Part shown: positions 10,865-21,289 of the stretch, one piece after another
How the letters are laid out: each line of letters starts with the position of its first letter
Numbering within the stretch: the stretch's first letter is position 1
Origin: Chiloscyllium plagiosum
Taxonomy: Eukaryota
Assembly (NCBI RefSeq): GCF_004010195.1
Contig: NC_057754.1
Location: forward strand, 3,804,546-3,845,094
Direction: 5' to 3'
DNA length: 40,549 bases
The notes under the pieces: generated by a model
The model's input: the letters and a program-made list of their open reading frames with translations, nothing else
Told to the model about the DNA's origin: nothing
The model's database searches: none
Made by a program: the position numbers and the translations under genes

Positions 10865-11800
10865 AGTCATTGAGTCACGCAGCATGGAAACAGACCCTTA
10901 GGTCCAACCAGTCCATGCCAAACATTATCCCAAACTAAACTACTCCCACCTGCCTGCTCCTGGCCCATACCCCTCTAAACCTTTCCTATTAATGTACTTA
11001 TCCTAATGATCTGGACCAGATGGGCCAATGGGCTGAGAAGTGGCAGATGGAGTTTAACTCGGATAAATGTGAGGTGCAGAAAAGATTTACAAGGATGTTG
11101 CCAGGGTTGGAGGGTTTGAGCTACAGGGAGAGATTGAACAGGTTGGGACTGTTTTCCCTGGAGCGTCGGAGGCTGAGGGGTGACCTTATAGAGGTTTCTA
11201 AAATTATGAGGGGCATGGATAGGGTAAATAGGCAAAGTCTTTTCCCTGGGGTCGGGAGTCCAGAACAAGAGGGCATAGGTTTAGGGTGAGAGGGGAAAGA
11301 TATGAAAGAGACCTAAGGGGCAACTTTTTCATGCAGCGGGTAGTGTGTGTATGGAATGAGCTGCCAGAGGAAGTGGTGGAGGCTGGTACAATTGCAACAT
11401 TTAAGAGGCATTTGGATGGGTATATGAATACGAAGAGTTTGGAGGGATATGGGCTGGGTGCTGGCAGGTGGGACTAGTTTGGGTTGGGATATCTGGTTGG
11501 CATGGACGAGTTGGACAAAAGGGTCTGTTTCTGTGCTGTACATCTCTATGACTTCATGACTCCAAATGCCTTTTAAATATTGTAACTGTACCCACATCCA
11601 CCGCATCCTCTGGAAATTCATTCCACACACGAACCACTCTCTGAGTAAAGAATTTGCCCCTTGTGTCTTTTTAAAATCTCTCTCCTCTCACCTAAAAAAC
11701 GTGCGTCTTGAAATCCCCCACCCAGGGAAAAGACAACTACCATTAACCCTATCTATACCCCTCATTCTGTAAGGTCACTTATCAACCTCCTACACTCCAT
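10865..11800. mobile_element. Nested CR1/HER1 fragments (plus copy at about 11006-11555 inside a minus copy)
   Basis: The plus strand encodes WAEKWQMEFN.DKCEV and RRLRGDLIEV. The flanks are the two halves of a minus-strand HER1 3' end. Confidence 0.85.
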
Positions 11801-11976
11801 CAACTCTGAGCTGAAATTCCTCGAGCAGTAGAAGTGGGTCACAATGGAAAGCACTGGGGTCCACCAGCCTCTACATACTACAGCTGTAACACATTGGCTG
11901 CCATCTTTACTCCGTGTAGTTAATTCATTGAATTGGAGCATGGAAAATCTCCCTATTCTGTGGGACTGTCCCTCGT

Positions 11977-12236
11977 CTACGAGCTCCTCAGACTGGTGAC
12001 TAAAGAGCCCACCCCAGTCACCCTGATTCGGACCCCCACCGGCGAGCTGCTCTCAGCACTTTTGGGCCCCAGTTCCCCCTTCGCTGTCTTCCCTCTGAGC
12101 TTGGTCAGGAGATCCAGGGCGATGGAGTCCCATTCTTCCGGCAGCAGCAGCAGCAAGAAGGCCAGGCAAAGGACAAGTAGGGCAGCTAGTCTCACGTCAC
12201 CAAGGCCTGGCATCGTACCACAATAAACATCAGTGA
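11977..12236 (-). CDS. SLC35F3-like: SLC35F3/SLC35F4-like (putative thiamine transporter family), last coding exon (VTDVYCGTMPGLGDVRLAALLVLCLAFLLLLLPEEWD...LRSS*)
   Basis: Minus-strand acceptor tctcccttttctcgttcacAG; the FLLLLLPEEWD motif is characteristic of SLC35F3/F4; TAG at 11979-11977; phase 1 matches the upstream exon. Confidence 0.9.
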
Positions 12237-13064
12237 CTGTGAACGAGAAAAGGGAGAGATTGAGAAACGGTGGTGAGCAAAGTGGTGGAATTATGTTGCA
12301 ATTTTTATTTCCAATGCTGGATTATTTCCCTGGTCAGTTTCACCACATCTCTGTAGGTGTTAATTTTGTGTATGTCTTCCATTCCTCGTAGATAATGGTG
12401 AAATCTCACCGTTTTTACCGGGAGAGACTGGAATTGCTACATGAATTCCGTTTGCTGAAGTTGGTAGAATCTTTTTTCTCTTTTTACAGAAAAAGAAGAA
12501 AAACAGAAAAAAGGCAGTACAAAACAGACCATAACATAATACCATTGTTAATAAATGACCTACTATTCTACCAGAACAAACAGATCTATTTACCTTAAAC
12601 AAAACTAAACATATTAAATAAATACTAACTTAAACTAAATTTAAATAACTTAAATTAAATAATACCTCACTACTTTATTCCATCTCACTCAATAGACCTC
12701 CACTGAGGCTCCCATCCCTGGGAGCTCCATCTACAGTACCAGTATTCTTTCTCCCTTCCAGTCTGTTCCCCCTGGGGCCTGACAGACACCCACACTGATT
12801 CCCACGGCTACACCACGGCCCTTTTTAATATTGCTGAAGAATCTTTTTTTAAAATCATTTGCTGCAGTTCTGCTTAAATAGATTCTGTAGACTGTTTGAG
12901 TAGGACCCTGTTTAAACAGACTCTGGGATCTCTTAGCTGCAGTGCGATGTTCACATAGCTGTTTGGTGACAGTTTGCCGTAATGTTAAGCGTGAATTGAC
13001 TCTGTAGACTGTTTGCTGTCATGCTGCCTTCACAAAGGCTCTGTCTATTGCAGTAATGTGCTAA

Positions 13065-13850
13065 TTTATTGATGGGATGTGGGCATTGCTGGCTGGTCCC
13101 GCATTTATTGCCCATCTCTAGTTGCCCTTGAACTGCTGCGGTCCACCTGTTGTGACTTGACCCACAGTGCCATTAGGGACGGAATTCCAGGATTTTGACC
13201 CAGCCACAGTGAAGGAACAGCGACATATTTCCGAATCAGAATGGCGAGTGGCTTAAAGGGGAACTTGGAAGATGGTGGTGTTCCCTTTATCTGCTACCCT
13301 TGTCCTTCTAGATGGGAACAGTTGTGGGTTTGGAAGGTGCTGGTCTGAGCATCTTTGGTGAATTTCTGCAGTGCATCTTGTAAATGGTGCACCCTGCTGC
13401 TGGTGAGCATCAGTGGTGGAGGGAGTGGATGTTTGTCGATGTGGTGCCAATCAAACAGCCTGCTCTGTCCTCGATGCTGTCAAGCTTCTTGAGTGTTGTT
13501 GGAGCTGCATTCATCCAGGTAAGTGGGGAGTATTCCATCACACTCCTGACTTGTGACTTGTAGATGGTGGACAGGCTTTGGGATATCAGGAGGTGAGTTA
13601 CTTGCTGCAGTATCCCTCGTCTCTGACCCAGTCTTGTTGCCATTGTATTTATGTGGTGAGTCCATTTGAGTTTCTGGTCAATAATAACCCCCAGGATATT
13701 GATTCAATGGTAATGCCATTGAATGTCAAAGGGCAATGGTTAGATTGTCTGTTATTGGTGATGGTCATAGCCTGGCATTAGTGTCGCGCAAATGTTACTT
13801 GCCACTTGTCAGTCCAAGCCTGGGTATTATCCAACTCTTGTTGCATTTGA
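13065..13850 (-). mobile_element. CR1/L2-group LINE 3' fragment (second family)
   Basis: The minus strand encodes TIYKSQVRSVMEYSPLTWMNAAPTTLKKLDSI (RT C-terminus). A related copy lies at 27630-28255. Confidence 0.85.
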
Positions 13851-14080
13851 ACTTGTTGACTGCCATGGTGTAAATCGACTCTGTAGTCTGCAGTACTGCA
13901 CGAGGAGACTGTTTGCTGCAGTGCCACGTTTATATAGATTGTACAGTGTTTTCTTGTCTAAGTACTAATTTAAGTATACTCTTTGGTCAGGGAGTACAAA
14001 CCCAGATGCAGCGCTAGCTAAAATTTGGTGTGTCGCATGATATGTGCTGCATTATGAGGGAGCTGCTGTGTTAGCCTCAC

Positions 14081-14170
14081 CGGCGTTTACTGGTATGCTC
14101 AGAAATGCTCCCAACGACACCAAGACAGGGAAGGTTACTGTAGCCCCACAGTTGATCACAGCATTGAATA
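14081..14170 (-). CDS. SLC35F3-like: SLC35F3/F4-like, penultimate coding exon (VFNAVINCGATVTFPVLVSLGAFLSIPVNA)
   Basis: 90-nt phase 1/1 exon, tctctttcAG / GTgagg. It aligns by eye to SLC35F3 FNIVLNFGIAVTYPTLMSLGIVLSIPVNA and is not in the ORF track. Confidence 0.9.
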
Positions 14171-14971
14171 CTGAAAGAGAAAGAACATTTTTGTGGGTCA
14201 ATGTAGGTGTTCAGCCACCAACTCACCATCAAGCCTCTGTCACAATCCTATAGTAACAACACAAGATTCTCTCTACTATATTATTAATCATTCCCAGGGG
14301 TAGGCCACTCAATATGATCAGAACTGATCATCCAGTACCCTATTCCCTCTTTCCCCTTATGTCCTTTGATTCATTTAGACTTAAGAACTATATCTACATC
14401 TTTCTTGAAAGTCTTCAATGCCTCAACAGTTTCCTGTGGAAGACAATTCCGCAGGCTCACCACTCTCTGGGTGAAGAAATTCCTTCTTATGTCTGTGCTA
14501 AATGGCCTACCGGTAACCTGAGGCTGTGACCCCTGGTTCTAGACCTCCTAGTCATTGAGAACAATTCAGAGTAAAACTCCATCTGTGCTGTCCACATCTA
14601 ACACACCTGGGATAGTTACAACACAGGGTTAGATAGACAGTACCTGTAAGTCCTCATCAAACGCTCCCAGGATTGGTATTCCAGTAAGCTACAAGTGTGT
14701 CCCTTTTACATTTCTCACATCAGCTCTCATTGCAGCCTCAAAGGGTTGCCCAGTTGGTGCTGAATTAGAAGCTGTTTCGTGGTGTAGAACCAGGCAGTCT
14801 AACCTTTTCACCTACATTCCTCACAGTCAGCAGAAAAGACAGAGTTCTTTATAGTTACAGTGATCTAACCTGCCAGACAGACCCAGGTTTGCAAATGGGC
14901 ATTGTTTGGTTTTACCACCTCAGACTAATCCAACGCCGTGCATGAGGATGAGGTGAAATACACTCACGTAC

Positions 14972-15164
14972 CTAAGAGGAGGGCAGCCAGTCCACACAGC
15001 TGCTCCCAGGGTACGTCCCTGGCAGAAGGCCAGTGTTCCACTCTGGTGACGTACAGGATGACAGCGACCCAGCTGAGGAAGAGGAGGTTGAAGGCACCCA
15101 GTGCAGTGAGAAAGAGGGCCACTTCCCTGCAGCTCACTCTGCCAAGTAGGAGCTTAAACAGGAC
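14972..15164 (-). CDS. SLC35F3-like: SLC35F3/F4-like coding exon (VLFKLLLGRVSCREVALFL...VEHWPSARDVPWEQLCGLAALLL)
   Basis: 193-nt phase 0/1 exon, ccaacAG / GTacgt. It contains the VLFKLLLG, ILY-T-VE-W and PW--LCG motifs of SLC35F3/F4. Confidence 0.92.
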
Positions 15165-16129
15165 CTGTTGGCCAAGGAACACTGAGTTAACTCCGGGCTA
15201 ACGACATTCTTCCTATACTGTACTCTTCTTGTTTGAGACCAACTTGGATAAATGTCCAAAAGACATCAAATCCACACCAATGCCTCGTTTCCCCGTCCTA
15301 GAACCAGGAAATCCTTTTATCTGCTTGAAGTGAATACAAGCCTAATCTTTGCAAACTCTCCTCGTAATTTAGCTGAATGTCGTTGCAGTGAACGTGGCAA
15401 CATTTGATTTGATTTATTATTGTAAGATGTCCCGAGATCCAGTGAAAAGTATTGTTTTGCGTGCTATCCAGACAAATCATACCTTACATAAATAAATCAG
15501 GGTAATGGACCAGAATGTAGATTATAGTGTTACAGCTACAGAGAAGGTGCAATGAAAGATCAACTGTAATATATGAGTAGTCTGTTCATAAGTCTGTTAA
15601 CAGCTGGGAAGAAGCTGTCCTTGAATCTGTTGGTAGGTAGGATTTAGCAGGAGGAGTAGACCATCTGGACTTTCAGTAAGACCATTGCTGACCTGGTTGT
15701 GGCCTCAATTTCATTTTACAGTCTGTCACGACATAACCCTTGTCTATTAAAAATCCATCTAACTCAGCCCTGAATAAATCCATTGTTTCTGGGAAGAGAA
15801 TTCCACTGGCTAACAACCCTCTGAGAGAAACAAACCTCTCCTCATCGCGTCCCCCCCCAAAGTTAAACTATCTCCGACCTGAAGTATGGTGCTCAAACTA
15901 GACCCAGTTACTCAAGATGGGACTGAACGAGAACTCTGTGTAACTGTAGCGCCACGCCCATCCATTTATGTCTCAGCCCTGTTGGAATTAAAAAACATTT
16001 ATCCCTAAGGTATTCCCTGCCACTGTTCCCATGCCAGTTGACTTGCTACTCTGTGGGAAATTAGGGTGGGCTACACAACACTCCCCTTTGCAAGTGTAAC
16101 AGACCAACAGAGCCACCCTCGGCTGTAGC

Positions 16130-16375
16130 CACCTCACTCTCGAAGCACGCAGTTGTGGGTTCGAGACCCGCCACGATCCAAGCAGACAATCCCTGTTGCC
16201 TGCTCCCGGGGAGGGGGAGTATTGCATTGTCAAAGGTGATGTCTTTCAGATGTGATGTTAAACTCAGAACCCCGTCTACTCTCTCAACGGGGTATAAAGG
16301 ATCCCACAGACTCTGATGGAAGAAGAACAGTAGGGGGAGCTCTCCCCTTAGTTGGGGTCAGGAGTTATCCCTCAG
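16130..16375 (+). mobile_element. DeuSINE-like SINE remnant
   Basis: B-box-like gggttcgagaccc followed by gtctttcagatgtgatgttaaac...ccccgtctactctctc...taaaggatccca...gaagaagaacag, which resembles the Deu domain from memory. Confidence 0.65.
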
Positions 16376-16499
16376 TCATAGAGTCATACAGCACAGACAT
16401 ATAGACCCTTCAGTCCAACTTGTCCTAGCTCCCCAAACTGAATTAGTCCCACTTTCCTGCGTTTGGCCCATATCCCCTTAAACCTTTCCTATTCATGTA

Positions 16500-16920
16500 C
16501 CTGTCCAAATGTCTTTTTAAGGATGCGGATCTTATCAGATCGAGTGGATCGGTTGGGGAGATAGATAGAAGCAATGAGAAATTTGTAACAGCAACAGTAT
16601 GTGATGGATGGAAGTTATAGGAAGGGGGGACAGTCTCAGATACAGTCACATAGATGGGTTAACTCCAGGAAGGGTGAGAGAGGTCGGCACCAAGGGCAGG
16701 AGTCTTTTGTGGATATACCCATTTCAAACAGGTATGCTGTTTTGGAAAATGTAGGGGGTGTTGGATTCTCAGGGGAACGTAGCACGAACAGCTAGGTTTC
16801 TAGTATTGAGACTGGCTCTAATGTAACGAGGAGTACATCGGCTTCCAAGAGATCAATTGTGTTAGGGGATTCTGTAGTCCGAGGAATAGACAGACGTTTC
16901 TGTGGCCAGCAGAGAAAAAG
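16500..16920 (+). mobile_element. CR1 LINE ORF1 fragment (SGNH-esterase-type), running into the gap
   Basis: Encodes IPISNRYAVLE and IVLGDSVVRGIDRRFCG (GDS esterase motif); there is an in-frame stop near 16793. Confidence 0.8.
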
Positions 16921-17420
16921 NNNNNNNNNNNNNNNNNNNNNNNNNNNNNNNNNNNNNNNNNNNNNNNNNNNNNNNNNNNNNNNNNNNNNNNNNNNNNNNN
17001 NNNNNNNNNNNNNNNNNNNNNNNNNNNNNNNNNNNNNNNNNNNNNNNNNNNNNNNNNNNNNNNNNNNNNNNNNNNNNNNNNNNNNNNNNNNNNNNNNNNN
17101 NNNNNNNNNNNNNNNNNNNNNNNNNNNNNNNNNNNNNNNNNNNNNNNNNNNNNNNNNNNNNNNNNNNNNNNNNNNNNNNNNNNNNNNNNNNNNNNNNNNN
17201 NNNNNNNNNNNNNNNNNNNNNNNNNNNNNNNNNNNNNNNNNNNNNNNNNNNNNNNNNNNNNNNNNNNNNNNNNNNNNNNNNNNNNNNNNNNNNNNNNNNN
17301 NNNNNNNNNNNNNNNNNNNNNNNNNNNNNNNNNNNNNNNNNNNNNNNNNNNNNNNNNNNNNNNNNNNNNNNNNNNNNNNNNNNNNNNNNNNNNNNNNNNN
17401 NNNNNNNNNNNNNNNNNNNN
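16921..17420. other. Assembly gap (500 N, probably unsized)
   Basis: Run of N. Smaller gaps are at 19381-19405, 23391-23535 and 32480-32523. Confidence 1.
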
Positions 17421-18778
17421 CCACACACTGAGACTTACTGATGATCCTGATGAGTGCAAGAGAAAACGGAATATGTCTTTTTTTAAAAGAATACTAGCGC
17501 TGTACTACTAAATGACTATCAACATGGATTTCTTCAGGTAGAATCATCTTTAACTGATCAACTGGAACGTTTTCTCACAGGTAACAGATTTGGTTAGGAC
17601 AGTGCCGTTGATCTAGATACTTGGATGTCCAGAAGGCAGTTAATACAGTGACATACAACAGACTTGTGAGGAAGGCTTGAGATCATGCAATAAAAAGATA
17701 GTAGCAACATGGATACACGTTGGCTGAGGAACTGGAAAGGATAACATGGATTTTGTTTTGGAATGGGGTTAGATTTGGAGGATCAGTGTTTGGACCCTTG
17801 ATATAGAGATCTGCATCAGATCTAGAAGAATAGGGAATAATTTCAAAATCTGTGGATGATATGAAACTGAGAAGCATTGTAAACTGAGGAGGGTAATATA
17901 GACAGGTAAGATGGTGGAGGTGAAGAATGGCAGATGTTCAATGCAGTGAAGTGTCAGGTGATGCATTTTACTAGGAAGAACATGGAGACAGTTTATATCA
18001 TAGGGTATAACTAAAGAGAAATCAGGAACAGAGAGACTCTACCAGAGTCCACTTTCCAAGTAATCAGCACCTTCCTTTTACAGTTTAAATGTTATTTGCC
18101 CTCATAGAATCTCTACGGTCTGAAAACAGACTCTTTAGAGTCCACACTACCCCTCCAAAGAACTTCCCACCCAAACCCAACCCTCAACCTACAATGTTGC
18201 GTTTCCCATGGCTAATCCACTCGTCTGCACATCTTTGGATCTCTAAGTAGATATTATTTAAAGTTGCCCTGAGGGGCAAGACAAAAAGTTTAAACAAAGC
18301 AATGCTCAAATGATTCCATGCTGGTGCTCCTTAATTAACCCACATTCAACTACATAACTGCTCATTTTGTTTTGAGCTTTCACTATTAGAGGTTTCCCAA
18401 CTAACAATGTTAAACTGACTAGTCTGTAATGACTTGGGCTAATCTAGCATGCTTTTTTGAACCTTTGTAATTCTCCATTTATCTAATACTGTCCCAGGGT
18501 CTAAGGAAGACTGAAAAAAATATTGCCCGCACCTATGCAATTTCCATTGTCACTTGCCTTTCTAATCTCGGATGCATCTCCTCTGGTCCTGATGCTTTTT
18601 TGACTATTAGGGACAATCTATCCAATATATTTTCCTTAGCAGTTTTAAACTTGCCTATTGAATTTCCCCTGGGTAACATCTTCCTCTTTGGTAAAAGCAG
18701 GTGCAAAGTTCATATTTAGTGTACTTTGTATGTGTGTATAAGTTATAGAGTTATACAGCATGGAAACACACCTCTCAA

Positions 18779-19575
18779 AGTTTGTGAGAAGATTTGTAGC
18801 CCAGGTGCTCGCTGTTGTGGTTCTGTTCGCCGAGCTGGGAATTTGTGTTGCAGACATTTCACCCCCTGTCTAGGTGACATCCTCAGTGCTTGGGAGCCTC
18901 CTGTGAAGCGCTTCTATGATCTTTCCTCCGGCATTTATAGTGGTTTGTCTCTGCCGCTTCCGGTTGTCAGTTCCAGCTGTCCGTTGCAGTGGTCGGTATA
19001 TTGGGTCCAGGTCGATGTGCTTATTGATTGAATCTGTGGATGAGTGCCATGCCTCTAGGAATTCCCTGGCTGTTCTCTGTTTGGCTTGACCTTTAATAGT
19101 AGCGTTGTCCCAGTCGAATTCATGTTGCTTGTCATCTGCATGTGTGGCTACTAAGGATAGCTGGTCGTGTCAGACAACAACTCAACAGAACGAAGGACCC
19201 AATACCCAGCATGAGCAAAACCAATGTAGCGTACAAAATCCCATGCAAGGACTGCACAAAACACTACATAGGACAAACAGGAAGACAGCTAACGATCCGC
19301 ATCCATGAACACCAACTAGCCACGAAATGACACGACCAGCTATCCTTAGTAGCCACACACACAGATGACAAGCAACATGANNNNNNNNNNNNNNNNNNNN
19401 NNNNNCGGACAGCTGGAACTGACAACCGGAAGCGGCAGAGACAAACCACTACAAATGCCAGAGGAAAGATCACAGAAGCGCTTCACAGGAGGCTCCCAAG
19501 CACTGAGGATGTCACCTAGGCAGGGGACGAAACGTCTGCAACACAAATTCCCAGCTCGGCGAACAGAACCACAAC
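18779..19575. mobile_element. Penelope-like retroelement with an inverted terminal arm and a GIY-YIG endonuclease remnant
   Basis: 19172-19330 encodes KTNVAYKIPCKDCTKHYIGQTGRQLTIRIHEH. About 18813-19170 is the reverse complement of the right part. A 14-bp TSD aacacacct(c/t)tcaa is at 18765-18778 and 19576-19589. Confidence 0.9.
19500..19539 (+). ncRNA. Minimal type I hammerhead ribozyme motif
   Basis: gca-CTGAGGA-t-GTCaCCT aggc AGGgGAC-GAAAC-GTC-tgc: intact core, stem II, a 3-bp stem I and a GUC site. Confidence 0.75.
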
Positions 19576-21047
19576 AACACACCTTTCAATCCAACTGGTC
19601 CATGCCAACCATAATCCCAAACTAAACTAGTCCCATTTGCCTGTTCCTGGCCCATATCTCTCACCTTTCCTATTCACGTACAAATCCGGCTGACTTTTAA
19701 ATATTGTAATTGTACCCACACTTACCACTTCCTTTGGAATTTCATTTGTATCACAGATTTCATTTTAGGGCATAAGAATACAAGAGGAAGAAGGTTATGA
19801 TGAACTTGTATAAGAAGTATTGCATGCAGTTCTGGGTGTTGCTTCATAAGAAAGATATGAAGATATTAGAGAGAGTGCATAAGCAATTTATGAGTATAAT
19901 TCCGGAGTGAGGAATCATAATAATGAAGGTATATTGACAAATCTGGGAGCATTCTCATTGGCAAAGAGAAAGCTGAGAGGCGATTGGATCGGATCAGCAC
20001 CTCTCTTGTCAGAATAAAAACACAGACAATGAACACCCCTGAAAGGATGGTCGATAAAACGGCATAGATTTTGAGTACATCAGCAAAAGCAGGGTGAGGA
20101 AAACCTCATCAAACCGAGTGGCTGGATCTGGAATGTGCTGCCTGACAGTGTGATTGAAGTAGATTCAATCGAGGGATTCAAAAGGGAATTAGATGGTTAT
20201 TCGCAAAGGATAGTTTGCCAGGTTTATGGGGAGAACTCATGAAAATGGCACCAGAAGAATTGCTCTTTCAAGGAGCTGGCTCAGTCACAATAGTCCAATG
20301 GCCTCCTTCTGCTCTGTAAGAATTCTGTGATTCTCGAACTCAAGCCACCTTTGTCTTCTACTACCTTTTTAATCTTCAAACACACTGATCTCACTTATTG
20401 GAATTGTCCCCATCCCAAAGATCTGAACTTGCTCGTGCAGAAACCTGGTGTTGGTCATGACTGCCTTTACTGTCTCTGAGTAAGGAAGTTGCGGGTTTAA
20501 ACCCTGCTCCAGGGACCTGAGACGAAAATGAAGGCTGACACTTCCCTCAGTGTCGCACAGTCAGCAGGGTCTGGTGGTTCAGACATGTTTATTTAAGATG
20601 TGAAATGGTTGATGTCAGTTGACAGTGCCAGTGGTGACAGAGCCTTCACCAGCATGCACAGGAGTGGGGAGAAACCTCCATTGTTAAAATGGGAACCTAT
20701 TAAAATGATGCGGAATTGCATTTTATTATGATCTTCAATCCTCGTGTCTAACCACAGAAGAGCAAACAGTGATTTTGCACATGAACGGGTCTGTCAAGGG
20801 ATGTGCATGGAGAATCTATGCTCTGTTTCCAATAGCAATTCTGTCATAAAGTCGTACAGCTCAGAAACAAATCGTACAGTCCAATCATCCATGCCGACCA
20901 GATATCCTAATTTAATCAAGTCTCATTTGCCAGGATTTGGTCCATATCCCTCTAAACCCTTCCTATTCATATACACAATCCAGGTGCCTTTGATATGTTG
21001 TAGTTGTACCAGCCTCCACCACTTCCTCTGGCAGCTCATTCCGTACT

Positions 21048-21275
21048 TTGGATTAGTGGTGCTGGAAGAGCACAGCAGTTCAGGCAGCATCCAAGGAGCT
21101 TCGAAATCGACGTTTCGGGCAAAAGCCCTTCATCAGGAATAAAGGCAGTGAGTCTGGAGCGTGGAGAGATAAGCTAGAGGAGGGTGGGGGTGGGGAGAAA
21201 GTAGCATAGAGTACAATAGGTGAGTGGGGGAGGGGATGAAGGTGATAGGTCAGGGAGGAGAGGGTGGAGTGGATG
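21048..21275 (-). mobile_element. Penelope-like terminal fragment
   Basis: Same family as 5417-5630, followed by a purine-rich tract; inserted into a HER1 fragment. Confidence 0.8.
21107..21138 (-). ncRNA. Minimal type I hammerhead ribozyme motif
   Basis: The minus strand reads tc-CTGATGA-a-GGGC tttt GCCC-GAAAC-GTC-ga. Confidence 0.75.
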
Positions 21276-21289
21276 ACCTTTGCGCTTTT

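Noticed and set aside
12860..13050. Degenerate repeat (ctgtagactgtttg) as a functional element
   Set aside because: It is too decayed to define a unit. Related sequence resumes at about 13860-13950 after a LINE insertion, and there is no evidence of function.
16792..17459. Long ORFs of 179-213 aa
   Set aside because: They are artefacts of translating through the N gap. The same applies to the ORFs crossing 19381, 23391 and 32480.
17438..17468. CTGATGA...GAAA as another hammerhead or a C/D-box snoRNA
   Set aside because: There is no stem II, cleavage triplet or terminal stem in the right arrangement.
20590..20700. Minus-strand MLVKALSPLALSTD as an SLC35F N-terminal exon
   Set aside because: The resemblance to SLC35F4 LSPLSV is weak, an in-frame stop follows, and there is no convincing donor site.
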